DNA of 61,538 nt from Chara braunii. Its lineage: Eukaryota; Plantae; Charophyceae. Below, piece after piece: positions 37,701 through 51,282 of this stretch. The position numbers were made by a program, and so were the translations under genes. Location of the stretch: the NCBI GenBank assembly GCA_003427395.1, contig BFEA01000039.1, positions 2,292,594 to 2,354,131 of the forward strand, written 5' to 3'. The stretch's first letter is position 1, and each line of letters opens with the position of its first letter. The notes beneath the pieces were generated by a model. That model made no database searches. It was not told the origin of the DNA and saw only the letters and a list, made by a program, of their open reading frames with translations.

Positions 37701-39505
37701 TCCTTGAGCCTGAGTACCCAACGTTGGAACGAGCCGAGCAGCACAGTCCTCAAAAGAAAATAGAAGCGGAGAACTGTCGACTTCCGCGAGCGCCTCGGAA
37801 TGAAGGCTGGTCACTCGCGAAGAAACCAGTTCCGAAGGCGTCAAGAGTGTCGTCGCATCACTCTCGGCGGTGCTCAGTTTCCCTGTCGACCCTTGCCCTT
37901 CAGTGGGCAAACCGGCGTCAGATGAAGATCGTTGTTGCTCCACAGGCAATAATGGAATCTCTCGCACGCCTTGTAGGCGGACTCGGAGAGGCCATACGGG
38001 GTCCATGGGCCTGTCTGAGCTGCTGCACCGGGCCCGGGGCTAGAAATGGTGTGTGTCTTCGGCTTGCCGTGCCCTCGGTCTCTGCCGGCGCGGCCACCTT
38101 CCCGGGCGGCTGCGAATCTGTCTCCTTCACTGGCAGATGCAGCCTCGCTGGTTTGGTCTAACGGCGTTGTCGCAACGACCACGGCCACTCGTGGCCGATG
38201 CTGGTTCCCGCTCGGGCCTGACGCAGAAGAACAGAGGTTCTTGGCCTCCTTGTTCGTAATGATGATCTGCGACGCCTTGTCGAATAGTTCCGCCGTCGTC
38301 GTCAAGGTGTCCTCGACATGCGTCAGGGCATTGCTCAATGTCGGACATGACCTTGAGATGAAGTAGTGGCGGATGGCCTTGAAACCCATCTGGATGTTTG
38401 GGACTGACGTCAAGCGTTGGTACTCGGCGATCCAGTCCGTACTCGGCAGCCAGCCTTGCTCGAAGACCATAAGCTTGTCCATGGCTTTGATCTCTGGCGG
38501 CTCCACCTGGAACCGCTTGTGCCACGCCGCCTTAAGATCATCCCAGCTGATCATGGTGTGCAAGTCTGCTGCTACCACTCCGTACTTGGACAACAAGTTG
38601 TCCAACCATGCCTAACACGCGCCCCTTGAGCGAGAGTACAAGTAAGCGTGGTGCTTGTTTTCCTTGACGCTGTGGAGTTACAGCGTGAGCTCGAAATTGC
38701 GAAACCATGGAATTGGATCTGTCTTGATTGAGTCGTGGAAGATCTCATCCCCATCGAACTTAGGAGCTGTCTCGCGCGGCTCCGGACTCGAGGTGGTGGC
38801 GGTAGTGCAGATCCGCTGCTGCAATTGTTGCGTCGCAGTCTGTTGTAACTGTGCGCCATCCTGGAGGGAGCCGACGTGCATTTCCAATGCGGTGAGGCGG
38901 TCGGCAGTATTGGAAGAGCCTGCGTCGGCAACGGCGACTGGTCGCTGCTCCACCCGCTGAAGGCGGTCTTGGAGGTTAGCTACCGACTTGTCGAGACCGA
39001 GGATCTCCNCCTGCTGTGTAAAGCAGGTTGCCAGGAGATCCGTNAGATGCGAGAGGAGGAGCGCTATCTTGTTTGCGCTGTCCTCCAACTGGCTGTTCTC
39101 GGCCTCNCTTCGCCATTCTGCTGCCATGGTACGTAACGCACGNTCTNCGGTGAATATCTTCTCACGACGCTGTGTTCTTTCTTCATCATCAGCCCTTGCT
39201 GCTGCCTCGTCGTGCTGGCGCTGTTGTTGCATGGCCAGCAGNCGTGCCTGTTCGGCATCCTCTGCCCTTTNNTTNGCTGNCGCGGCAGCGTCATCTGCCC
39301 GCTTCTTTGTCTCGGTACTCCAGGCTAACATGCGGGCCTGATAGGCCTCGTCTGTTTCCCCGGCCTTCTGGTCCATGACTGCTGTCTGTGAACGCAACAG
39401 CATAGACCAGACCGGTGCCTGCTGATGTGGTATCCCTTGCTGCTGACGTGGCAATGCTGACGTGTCCTGCTGACGTGGTCTGCTGACGTACTTATGTAGC
39501 CTGCA
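34790..39505 (-). mobile_element. Ty3/gypsy LTR retrotransposon 2 (gag-PR-RT-RH-INT), degenerate, with integrase truncated at the junction with element 1
   Basis: gag 37874-39454; protease DSGATRNF; RT MPFGLTNAPTTFQ..VYLDDIL; RNase H TDASGY; integrase HDAP..GH..CESCEVC, MDITG..VVDRLTK..IVCDRD. Confidence 0.95.
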
Positions 39506-39768
39506 NANNNNNCCNNNNNACNNNNNNNANNNNCNNNGNNNNNNNNNNNGNCANCNNNCNNANGNCNCNGNANNNNNNNNNCNGNNNNNNANNNNNNCNN
39601 NNNGNNNNNANNNNGCAANNANNTNNNNNGGNAGNNNNNNNNGNNNNNNNNNNCNNNNTNNNNNNNNGANNNNNNNCCNNNNNNNNANNNNNNNAANNNN
39701 NAANNNNGNANNNNNANNNNNNNNTNNNNNNANCNANANNNNTANNNANNNNGNNNNNNNNCATCGCT

Positions 39769-42700
39769 TTGATTAAACAGGAAGCAGAAGCGCCGGTAGA
39801 TGACGTGCCTCATCTAATGCAGGAGATGACGGATCTAACAGGACTGACTTTGGAACAGACTTCTGTCNGTTTAGAAACTGATGCCGAAACTAAAGAGACN
39901 GAAATGATCAGCCGTGCGGAATCTCATATGATAGCGNCTGTCTTTTCTGTTCGCACTAGTAGTTCCGTTTTTTCCAGTGTCCATAATCNATGGGAAAGGC
40001 CGGCTGATTGGGTGGACGTCTCCCTCATGATTCCTGGTCGACCAACAATCACCCTTCCAAACCACGTCCCCACAGAACTCCAAAAATCGTTAATTAGTGT
40101 TTTGAATGGCTACGTGGAAGTATTGAGTGTGTGCGATAATGATATCGGNCTCACTAACGTAATTGAACATGCCATTCTTACTGGGGATCATCCACCCATT
40201 AGCTGCGTGCCTTATAGGTACTCACCAACTCAAAGAGCGGCCGCTTTTCAGCGAATCAAAGAGTTCGAAGCTAATGGATGGATCGAACCCGCCATAGGAC
40301 CATGGTCTTTTCCCGTAGTGATTGTGCCTAAAAAGGCCGNAGGGATCCACATTTGCATCGATTATCGAAAATTGAATGATATCACGATTAAGGATGTGTA
40401 TCCCCTCCCCCGAATTGATGAGATGTTGGATGCGATTGGGAGTGCTCGATTTTTCAGTAAGTTTGATGTTCGCCATGGGTTCCATCATCTTCTGGTCCGA
40501 GAAGAAGATCGCCCGAAGACTGCGTTCGTACTCTTCGAAGGTACGTGGCAGCGGATTCGATGCCCAATGGGCATCTGCAATGTCCGTGCCACTTTCCAAC
40601 GAGCCATGAACATGGCCTTTCAGAACTTTGTGCGGAAGACTCGTCTGGCGCAGAGTATCATTAACTAATGTGTAATTGTGTACATGGATGACATTTTGGT
40701 GTACTCGAGTTTTTATGAGGGGCACGTGCAACACATGGAATGGGCGTTGCATGCGTTACGAGATGCCGACTTCAAGGTGGCGCTTGAGAAGTGCCAGTTC
40801 TTCCTTACCACCATTTCCTTCGTGGGACACGTGGTAACGGACCAAGGACTCAGACCGGAGCCGCAGAAGGTGGCAGCTGTCCGAGACGCACCAGTGCCGA
40901 CGACTATTACGCAAGTTCGCGCCTTCTTGGACCTGGCCACGTACTACCGAAGATTTATCAAGGGCTTTGCCGCCATTGTGGGACCCCTCATGAACTTGCT
41001 GCGAAAGGATCAACCGTTGATCTGGACACCAGAATGTGATCAAGCGTTTTCAACACTCAAGACCGCTCTCATTTCGGCTCCAGTCCTTATAAGGCCGGAT
41101 CCCGAAAAGCCTTTTGTTCTCATTACTGACTGGCAGCCGGAGGCAATTTCGGCGATCCTGGCCTAGGTGGGACCAAGCGGACTCGAGTGCGTGGTGGAGT
41201 ACGCATCTAAATCGGTGCTCGCCTGGAAACGCAACTACGCCGCTCCGACGGGAGAACGCTACGCGGCTCTCTGGGGAATCAACCACTTTCGAGCTTACTT
41301 GTACGGGCGGAAGTTCACACTGGTAACCGATTATGAGCCTCTGCTAGCCCTGAAGAAATCCAAGGATTACTCGGGCATGATCGGGCGATGGGCAACNGTG
41401 CTGCAAAGCATGGACTTTGACNTTCGTCACCGGAAACATGAAAAGCACGGGAATGCGGACGAATTGACACGACTGCACCGACCTGAGAAGGTTCCGAAGA
41501 ATGAGGAGGTGATTCCGTGGAACGAACCAAAAAAGGAGAACGGGCTTCGGTACGGCCAGGTGGAAATCCTGTCAAAGGAGTAAGCGACACGGGGTCCATT
41601 TCTCTTTGCCCTCTCTGCAATTTAGTCACATCCCTCCCTCTCTGCCATCATGACTACCCCCTCTTCTCCTACTAATTCTGCCCCTCTCACCTCCTCCGNT
41701 TTCTTTGCCACCCTCCCTGATAAATTCTGCTATTTTTGTACGTGTATTGCACGAGTTTATGGCGNTGACTGTCATCCTTTCGAAACCGGGTTTGTCGATT
41801 GGGTAGAATGTGCCACGTGTGTCAATCGTGCGCACGGGGCCTGTGTTTGCTATCNAATGAGTAGCAAGGAGTGGAGGTGCCCCCTGTNTAGAACGGCCAA
41901 ACTTCCCACAGAGGTTCGATTCGAGGCCGCCCGAACAGACGGACCTGAATATGACGAGAAATACCGTCGAGCGGAGGTTTGGACGGATAAAATTTTATTA
42001 NCTAAATTAGCGGGATTATCATTGGGTCGCCTCACCGAACACGACAGACGTNGGGCTACCGAGAGATCTCGGGACTATCGATGGATCAACGGTCATTTGG
42101 AGAAGCGTAAAACTGACGGATCGGGTTCGTGGTTGACGGTTCCTCATCCATTCCAGAGATACGATTGGACTCGATCTGCTCACGAAGAGCAGGCCGCTCA
42201 TTTCGCAATACTTGTCACGGAGGCAACTATAGACCAGAACCGATGGTTCTGGTCTAATATACGAGATGATGTCAGATACGTTGTCGCCAACTGTCTGGTC
42301 TGTGCCGCTGATCCCGCCCCAATACGGGGACCGAACACGATAGTACCAACGAAAGTAGAACGCCCCTTCCAGCGAGTCAGTATGGACACGACAGATATTG
42401 ACGTGCCACCTGCAATGGCCCAAACCGCTGTGAATATTCTATCCTTTTAGTATTAATAGATAATTTTTCCAAGTACATCGAGATCTACCCCTGCAAGACC
42501 CGCAAGGCTGCAGAAATCGCCACGTACATCGATCGGTTCCTCTACACCCATCTAGATACGGAAGAAATTTTGACCGACAATGGCTCCGAATTCAAGGGCG
42601 AAGTAGAGGAACTGCTTGCACGAAGGGGCATCACGCTCCGATATACGGCACCCCACGTGTCCCAGTCGAACGGGTTGGCCGAAAATGCCAACCGTATGAT

Positions 42701-43366
42701 TAAAACCGCCCTCCGTAGGAATTTAGCGGCACATGACACGCGTCCGTGGCCCGAACTCGTGTATCAGATCGTCGGTATNCACTGGGCCACCCCTCACGAG
42801 TCCACGGCGTTCACCCCCTTTCAGCTTCGCACTAATAACCTTCCCTGTATCGACTACCGGGGTAACTCGAAAATTGCNGAAGCACAGGGTAGAACACACG
42901 TGCCGCCCTCAAGGCCAAGGCCAAAAGGTACACCGATTTGATGGAACGGGCCGTCCCGAAGCTAGCCCGAAAAAGACAGAGGATGACCGATCTGGCCCAC
43001 GGTAGGCAGGTCCGTAGCTATGAGGCTCGAAATGGAAATGTTGGGCCCCAACATCAATATAAATTAAAGGACCTAGTGCAGGTACATAAATGTGCACGCG
43101 ACCGGAAACTCGCTCCCAAGTTTTCTGGCTGTTTTCCTGTTGTCGAGCTCGGACCCAANGGCGCCAACACGGTGCGCATCGTGCCCGAGGCTAGCGCCAG
43201 CCATAGCTCTGTCCCCATCGTCCGACATACCTCCTACCTCCGGCCTCTCCCTCCCTCTGATCTCCCCCCTTCTTTCTCCTCCGAGGGCGAGGAGAACGAC
43301 GACGATCTAACTCTCTCTCCACTCTCTCCCTCCTGCCCCTCGTCTTCCTCCCCTACCTCGCCATGA
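39769..43366 (+). mobile_element. Ty3/gypsy LTR retrotransposon 3, pol region (RT, RNase H, PHD finger-integrase)
   Basis: [27 protein letters not shown]; RNase H ITDWQ..VTDYEPL; integrase HEEQAAH..CLVC, VSMDTTD, TDNGSEF, SNGLAENANR. Confidence 0.92.
41650..42450 (+). CDS. PHD finger (C4HC3) fused N-terminally to the retroviral-type integrase zinc-binding and core domains
   Basis: FCYFC..WVECATCVNRAHGACV..WRCPLx followed by the HHCC and rve motifs; own ATG at 41650 after in-frame stops that end RNase H. Confidence 0.7.
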   Translation: MTTPSSPTNSAPLTSSXFFATLPDKFCYFCTCIARVYGXDCHPFETGFVDWVECATCVNRAHGACVCYXMSSKEWRCPLXRTAKLPTEVRFEAARTDGPEYDEKYRRAEVWTDKILLXKLAGLSLGRLTEHDRRXATERSRDYRWINGHLEKRKTDGSGSWLTVPHPFQRYDWTRSAHEEQAAHFAILVTEATIDQNRWFWSNIRDDVRYVVANCLVCAADPAPIRGPNTIVPTKVERPFQRVSMDTTDIDVPPAMAQTAVNILSF

Positions 43367-45331
43367 GCTTCATCACGGAGCGGGCCCTTGATNAACAGTT
43401 GTTGCAGCCACGTGGCCACATCTNGGAAATTAGGCAAGTTCGCCATCCACGACTCAACACGGATCTTCGGCGTCTGGCGCAATTCTTCTGCGACGTAGGT
43501 GTGTGTGTTGCCGCCACGTTTCGATTCAAGGGAAGTCCGCAGGCGATAGTGTTGGCAGAAGTGGTGGCGGTGCATCGGCGAGCAGCTCCAGGAACGAGCC
43601 ACGTCACGACCGTCGTGGCCTTCAACGGTGACATCAGTACAGTCAACCTGCAACGACATACCGCTATCCGGACTTGATTGCGAGAGTGGACGGAGCAGTT
43701 GTCCAACGTGTGGCAGCACGGTCTTGCCCGACCAGGGCATAATCTCATTCCAACCTTCGCACCTGATCTCGACAAAATCCGCGTCTCTCTATGCGAGCCT
43801 GCAGTAAAACTCCCCACCTTTGTTGCTTATCCACGACCCCGATGAACCGCGCCGTCCCCCTTGCTCCTCTCTCCATCTTCGGTCTCCCCTCGCTTTTCCC
43901 TACCTTCTGACAGTCCGATCTTCATCCCCATCTTTCCCTCTCTATCGAGCCCCTTTCCGTCCTGCTAATCAACCCTGGGCATTGGCAGCTGTGGCGCGAA
44001 ACTTTTGTTGAGTTGTCCATGTGCTTGATCCGGGTGCAGGCGACGGGGATACAGACCGACGAGCATCTTGCGTGTCTCGAGAACGTGGAGCTGTTGATCA
44101 TACAAGCGTGGAAGACCAACGTGGAAGGCGATCTTCTGGGCTTTCTTTTTGGATCGGTACGACCGGGCCACCGCCAGTTGATTGCGCAGGAGCTCATCGT
44201 GTCGATCATACAATTGGCGGACGATCTCTCGTTAGACATTGTTTCGCAAAGTGACGACAGTCCCGCCCTGCACGTCCTTGCGCGGTCATTGGATCCATAT
44301 CTTCAGTGGAGCGAGTGCTTGGAGGAACCTCGGGACGAAGATACACTACCGCCGCGGCAGGAATATCTAAAGTCGTACGGCCTCATCAATCATGCTTTCT
44401 ATCCAAAGGCGGAGGAGGTGGTGATAGACGACGAAGAAGAAGACGACGACGAGGAAACGTCGGAAGAGGGAAGCTATAGCGAGGATAGCGAGGGCGAGCC
44501 GAGCGAAGAAGAAGAGGAGGAAGAAATAGGATTTGAGTGGGAGGCCTTGCCGGAGGAAGCGTACTGGCATGGAAGCGGACGATCCTGAGGTGGCGCGAAG
44601 GCGGGAAGAGATTGCTGTCGGGAAACACCAGTTGGAGTTGGCCAGCGGAGCCAGCCTGAACATTGGCGACGATCCGACCAGGGATCCGGAGCCCCCGAAG
44701 CCTGAAGATGGCGACCCAGCAGCCGCCACCTCAAGCACCTTACGGCGGACATGAAGCTGATCCCCCTCCCCCTCCACCCCAACCCGTCCCCCAATTCGTC
44801 CACGTACCAATGCGGGCGATAGGCCTTCGCCCTCAGACATTATCCCGCCGCCCCCTTGATCTCCTCACCCTCGAACAGATCCACACCCCCGTCACCTTCC
44901 CCCGCCACCCCTTCCTTCCCCATCTCTTCGGAGATTTCTATTCTACCCGTCTAATCGCCATCGTGTATTCCCACCGATCCCTTCAGCCCGCTATCCCCAC
45001 ATTCTGTCTGCATATCCTGTTGTTTAGCGTTGCGTGGGAATGGTGCAACGTAGTAGAAGTCTACTGCGTAGCCACGGGAACGATTCCCGCCTGTCGCCAC
45101 TACGATATCTTTCGCGCGGCGCTCTTCCTCACCCTCTCCTCCCTCTACCGTGACTACTTCGCCTCTCTCCCTCACAGCGGCGATCGCTTTTCCCGCTTTC
45201 ACCGAATCATCCGCTATGAGGAACTTCTGATAGATGGGATACATCGCTACCTAACCCCACTTCCTCCCCGTCGCACCCGTGAACTCCCCTCCATGTACCA
45301 CGTCTACTTCCCCATCCCCACGAGACGCTAA
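43363..45331 (+). CDS. Additional ORFs 3' of the integrase of element 3 (unknown function, partly disrupted)
   Basis: Consecutive plus-strand ORFs 43363-43677, 44013-44588 (acidic tail) and 44663-45331; the first begins at an ATG overlapping the previous stop (ccATGA). Confidence 0.4.
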
Positions 45332-47256
45332 TCCCAACCCCACTCTCTCCCTCCAACCCTTTGACAAGAGAAGACGACACGAATCAGAAGTTTCGCGAAG
45401 ATCACGTCAAGGACGATGACGTCCACCTATGCTCTGATTCGACGAGTCGCGACTAGCTGGGGTGCAAAGCACACGGACACCAGGTGGACCATGATAGCGT
45501 CACCCGGATGATCTCTAAAATGCAAAGAACAGGGGGTTGCATATGACAGGGCTACAGAGATCTTGCCACGGATGTTGTCGCCATCTCATCCGCGGCTCAA
45601 TTATCGTCCCTTGTGCTTCTTCCCGGTGCTCCGTCTTCTTCTACCCCTTGTTCGAACTTCCATATAGTCAAGAAGTTGCAATTGAAGTTGGCGTCAACAT
45701 GAACTCTGACTCGATCATCTGCTGATACACTTGGTTCCTCATGCATCACTCTTCCCCTTCTTTCCTTCTTCGCCGTGACATGCAATCAGAAGATCGCATG
45801 ATCTTGGAACCCCCTGCGCATCACATATGTGACGAACTACTCCCCGAACCTGTGCAATCTTTCGTACCCCTTTGGCTCGAATTTTTCTTGTACCATACCG
45901 ACCTTACGAGTACCCCGTTTGTTTTCTTGATTTTGGGCACCGTGTTTTTGGCCCCCGTTTTGTCGAAAGCCTGGTTGATTCTTGGAATTCTACTTTTTGC
46001 AATTCAGGAAATACACGGGAATTTACACGCGGCTGAGCGAGCGCACTGGGAATTGGGTTCGGCAGTTGGGAATTCTGGGATAAGCGGAACTTCGACGTGT
46101 CCTTTTTTTTTGTGTGAATGTTCTCCGTCGCATTGGGAAAAACTCTCGGAATTTTGTGAGAATACGAATAGGCGTAGAATTTTCTTTTCCCGCGTCGTCC
46201 TCTTCGAGCGCGGATATGGTTATTTCAATTTTGAATTGGTTTAGGACATAGGCAAGCTGTAACTGTTTCGGTGCCTTTTTCTTTTACTTTTTGTTCACGG
46301 CGTCACGCATGCGAAGCTTCCCCCCCCCCCCCTCTGTTTCCCGCATCGTTCNNNNNNNNNNNNNNNNNNNNNNNNNNNNNNNNNNNNNNNNNNNNNNNNN
46401 NNNNNNNNNNNNNNNNNNNNNNNNNNNNNNNNNNNNNNNNNNNNNNNNNNNNNNNNNNNNNNNNNNNNNNNNNNNNNNNNNNNNNNNNNNNNNNNNNNNN
46501 NNNNNNNNNNNNNNNNNNNNNNNNNNNNNNNNNNNNNNNNNNNNNNNNNNNNNNNNNNNNNNNNNNNNNNNNNNNNNNNNNNNNNNNNNNNNNNNNNNNN
46601 NNNNNNNNNNNNNNNNNNNNNNNNNNNNNNNNNNNNNNNNNNNNNNNNNNNNNNNNNNNNNNNNNNNNNNNNNNNNNNNNNNNNNNNNNNNNNNNNNNNN
46701 NNNNNNNNNNNNNNNNNNNNNNNNNNNNNNNNNNNNNNNNNNNNNNNNNNNNNNNNNNNNNNNNNNNNNNNNNNNNNNNNNNNNNNNNNNNNNNNNNNNN
46801 NNNNNNNNNNNNNNNNNNNNNNNNNNNNNNNNNNNNNNNNNNNNNNNNNNNNNNNNNNNNNNNNNNNNNNNNNNNNNNNNNNNNNNNNNNNNNNNNNNNN
46901 NNNNNNNNNNNNNNNNNNNNNNNNNNNNNNNNNNNNNNNNNNNNNNNNNNNNNNNNNNNNNNNNNNNNNNNNNNNNNNNNNNNNNNNNNNNNNNNNNNNN
47001 NNNNNNNNNNNNNNNNNNNNNNNNNNNNNNNNNNNNNNNNNNNNNNNNNNNNNNNNNNNNNNNNNNNNNNNNNNNNNNNNNNNNNNNNNNNNNNNNNNNN
47101 NNNNNNNNNNNNNNNNNNNNNNNNNNNNNNNNNNNNNNNNNNNNNNNNNNNNNNNNNNNNNNNNNNNNNNNNNNNNNNNNNNNNNNNNNNNNNNNNNNNN
47201 NNNNNNNNNNNNNNNNNNNNNNNNNNNNNNNNNNNNNNNNNNNNNNNNNNNNNNNN

Positions 47257-47324
<68 letters not shown>

Positions 47325-48684
47325 CTCTATCTTTGACGATGAGTCTTGATGACTGTCCCTCTCATGAATGGGAATGAATTTGTGTGCTCTCCTGCGTGAA
47401 GGAACTTCTTTCGGAACTCTTCCATTAGTTTCCTAGGTAATTTCCGGATGTCGAGGAATTGATTCTCTTGTCTTGTGAACGGTGGATGCGTGTGTACAAT
47501 TTCCTCGGTTGATTCCCGACCTATGTACCCTTGTCATTTCCGCACCTTTCACAGTGAATGTATGTATGGAGATACTTGCCTTTTTGTATTGATTAGACGT
47601 CGCACTCGGCAGGATTTTGTTCGAGAATGCAAGAGTGTTTAGATTTGTAGTTCTGAATACCCTGCGCATGCCATCTGCCTTATGTTGCACGACATCTGCA
47701 ACCAATCTACAGGGCACCCTCGAGAAACCAGGCGCTCGGAGATCAACGTCGCGGTGGCTTACAAAACCTGAGTCACGGGTCGGTCCCTTAGTTACATGCA
47801 TTATCAAGTTGACGAGTGTTTTCTCTCTCTCGTGTTGAAAAGGATTGATTGGTGGTTGCGCGAGTGTTTTTTTTCTTGATGACGTCTCGGGATCTTTGCA
47901 ATTGATTGATATGTGGACTGACAAGCATCCTTCGATCAGGCGCCAACCTCCCGTATCTCCCGTCTCAACACGACCTTTTCCCTACAATGAGGAAAGGACA
48001 CGTGTATGCGAGTGGGACGTACGAGAAGCTGTGGCACAGATCGGCGAACGATACTACTTCCCTCAGGCAAACCGTTGTTCAGGGTTCGTAGAGGCCGAGT
48101 TCGTCATTATCGATACACACTTTCCACCTTACTCGATATTGTTGCCATTTAACGAGTTGATCGTTATCCCGTGGACGGCAATAGAACCCCACTGGCCTCG
48201 CACTCTATGCACCGAATGCCAACGCTTTGAGCGCTACGAATCCAAGGTTTTCCACTACCGTGTACGGAGTGAAGACGAACACAGAGAAAGAGCCACACGA
48301 CTGCGACCCTCCACGTCGGACTCACAACGGACCGGTGAACAACGCCGGGAATTAATACGAAGACGAGACACGCGAAGCGTGCCGAAGCCTTTTTGCTCTA
48401 AACGAAGGGCTGTAGCACGGTGGGAAGTCCGACAATACTTTTTGGATTGGATTTATCTTTCTCTCTCCTTTCGCGCTGAACTCCCTCGTGCATTTTGCGA
48501 CGCGCGAAAAACGGTCGGCTTACCTCATCGGACCAACACGGGGGATTTCAGTTTCGTCTGTGTCCCCACACTCAATTTCTAAAAATCCTTGGCACACCCC
48601 ATCTTGCTGTTTTTCCGGGCCCCTTTTCCGCACCTCTAGCACTCCGAACGAAATACAGCACAGGGCGTGAGGTTGCGCATCACA

Positions 48685-49140
48685 CTTCGGCGCCTACGGT
48701 GTCTGGACCTAGGGCCTACAGACTCTTGGGGTGACTGGGGGGATCTAGTCACTGGGTGGGGTCTCGTATCTGTAGTAGGTACAGGTAAGGGTCTCCAGAG
48801 TCCCCCTGATATTCGAGCTTACCCCGTTCTTGCTTCAAGCACACATGATGCTACATTGATCACAAAGCACACACACAGCCTTCGGGCATATTATAAGGCT
48901 CAGACCCTAGGGTAAGGGCAGGACGGAAATAAGTCGCTTCGGCGCCTACGGTGTCTGGACCTAGGGTCTAGAGTCTCTTTGGGGGGTCTAAGGTAACGGT
49001 CACCAGAGTCCCGCCTGATATTCGGATAGAACTGTCTGGTGGCTATATAAGGCTTAGACCCTAGGGGAAGGGCAGGACGAAAATAAGTCGCTTCGACGCC
49101 TACGATGTCTGAACTTAGGGTCTAGAGTCTCTTGGGGCGT
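48685..49140. repeat. Three dispersed tandem copies of a roughly 45-bp motif
   Basis: cttcggcgcctacggtgtctggacctaggg at about 48685, 48937 and 49091. Confidence 0.8.
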
Positions 49141-50183
49141 GTAGCAGATTGTCTGGGCTTGGCGTCCGAAGTTCCCGTTCGACAAGGCTCGTTCGACTCC
49201 GCTTCCACCATGGTTGGGTAACCTATCAGCCCTGGTGCCTATCACTGCTGTTCGGTCCAAGTTACCTGCCCATTGGTAGGGTAATGGTCCTGAGTGCTGG
49301 TCACACTGAGGTAGGATAGTGGGATAGCGGGTGCGCTAGGAGCATTAACGTAAGGATGGGATGGGAGGTGGTCCCATATTCCTGGACACCGATGGCCTAC
49401 TACTCCAGGTGATCAATGTGTACTCAGTGAGTGGCCTCTACAACACCATGGACTTTAANAAAAAAAAAAAAAAAAAAGGGAGATTGACATGGCAAAAGTT
49501 ATAGATCGAGAGGTTGAAGGGCTTTGAATCAGTAAAATGTGGTTCCCTCTTCCAATTCGATAGGGTTTCAGGGTTAGGTCGGCTTGTGAAAGAAGAGGTT
49601 ATGACGGTGGGACATTTGGGAGGGTGTAGAAGCCAAGGCAACGAGGAAGTTTGCTCACCGAGGGGAGGTCGGTTAGGGCAGCAGGCGGAAGATGAATGGT
49701 GCGTCTCTACCTAAGAATTTTGGAGCGTCAGGAAGTGGGAGGAAGTCAAAGCTGTTGATGTCACCCAACAAAAGGGCGACAAGAGGTGAGAATAGGGGAC
49801 AATGAGGAGTGGGAAAGAAAGACTAAGATCAGGATCCTACCCTCAATTCGGCAGGGAATTGGGGAGTAGTGGGACTAGCTGGGGGCTAAGGGTTTCTTAG
49901 AACCATGGTCCGCTGACTGCCTTCTCTCCATTTCGAAGGAGACTCAACAGGCGGGAGATGCGAAGGAAAATGAATTAAGGGAGAATCCGGAGTCTCAGGA
50001 AAGGGAGTCAACGATAGAGGAAGTTTGACCTGTTTTTCTTTGCACCCGGAAAGGTGTTAGGATTCACGGCAGTGTTCGGTGGTTAATTCAGAATTTAAAG
50101 TTCCCTGAGGGCAGACATGGAAGGGGACAGAGCAGGAAGAGAGGGGGGAGGTCGGAGGTTACCCCCTCCTCGCCCTCCGGAAA

Positions 50184-51282
50184 TTGATTTTTGGGTGGAG
50201 GAGGACAGAACAAAGGCATTCTATCGGGCAGTGTTATGATGAGGGAGTTGTCCAGTTAGTGGAGAACGTGGTGATTGATGAGAAGGGAAAGAGGTCCAAC
50301 GTTAATGAATCGGATTCCTTCGATGCAATTAAGGAAAGGTGGTTAAAGGAAAGAACGGTGATTTTTATTTTTCAAGATGACACCCGGGACCTAACCAAAA
50401 GTGTAAAAGAAGATTTGATTAGGGCTCATGAAGACGGGTGGATGACGAGACGCCTATTTGACCCCGAGTATTGGAAGAGGGCGGATTAAGTTCGAAAGCC
50501 CAAATGTAGTCTCGTATGTGGCGAAGGTCATGAAGGTTGCAACTTGGTTGATTCAGAGAGGAATACTAAGGTTAAGCCTGAGAGGAAACGACTACCCGGC
50601 GTTGGTGAAGCCCTGGATGACGAAACCAAAGTTAAAGAAGTTGAAATTGAGAGAAGCGGAGATGGATTTTTGGATAATTGCCCTCTGAGTCCCGTTAGAT
50701 GCAATGCGCTATTTGCCCTCAGCAGCGGAGGGGCTGATCGGGGGAGTTCTTTGCATGCACCCACCAGAAGCAGACAGGTCTAAACCGAAACTAATAAATA
50801 TTAAGTTACATATGGATCCGCAAGCAAGATTTAGAGTGGAAAATACCCTGACCATAAAGTCCCCGAAAGGTGAGTTATGGTCTGTCGAATTAGCTACTCT
50901 ATATTTTTAGTGGTGTGGGAAGTGTCAGTGGTACTTCCACTCAGAAGAATCATGCCCGAGACAGATGAGCACAGGGCAAGGCCGAAGGTGGGCAAATTCA
51001 AGACTCCCCACTCAGCATCGTCAAACGGGCCAGCGGCAGGGCCAAGGACAAAATCAGCAGGGTCAGGCATGCCAAGGACAGAATCAGCAGGACCCGACAC
51101 CAAACCCGATTAATCAAGCGTTGTCGCAGTTTCGGTCCCACCAAGTGTCTGCACCGGTTCAGGCCAGATCAGGTTCAAAAACGCTTCTTCATCGTCAGCA
51201 AGGGCAACAGTCGCCGAGGTTTCATCCAAGCCCTCAAGTGGGCTATTCAGGCGGAGCTGGTCAGCCAATGGGCACACTGTGA
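50184..51282 (+). mobile_element. L1/Tx1-like non-LTR retrotransposon ORF1 remnant
   Basis: Frameshifted pieces WLKERTVIFIF..VKPWM..FWIIAL.VPL..NIKLHMDP..CGKCQWYFHSEESC (CCHC knuckle); homologous to the ORF1 at 55250-56658 (-) that precedes an APE endonuclease. Confidence 0.65.

Noticed and set aside
47845-48582. 245-aa plus-strand ORF
   Set aside because: No recognisable motif and it lies in repeat-derived DNA, so no product can be supported
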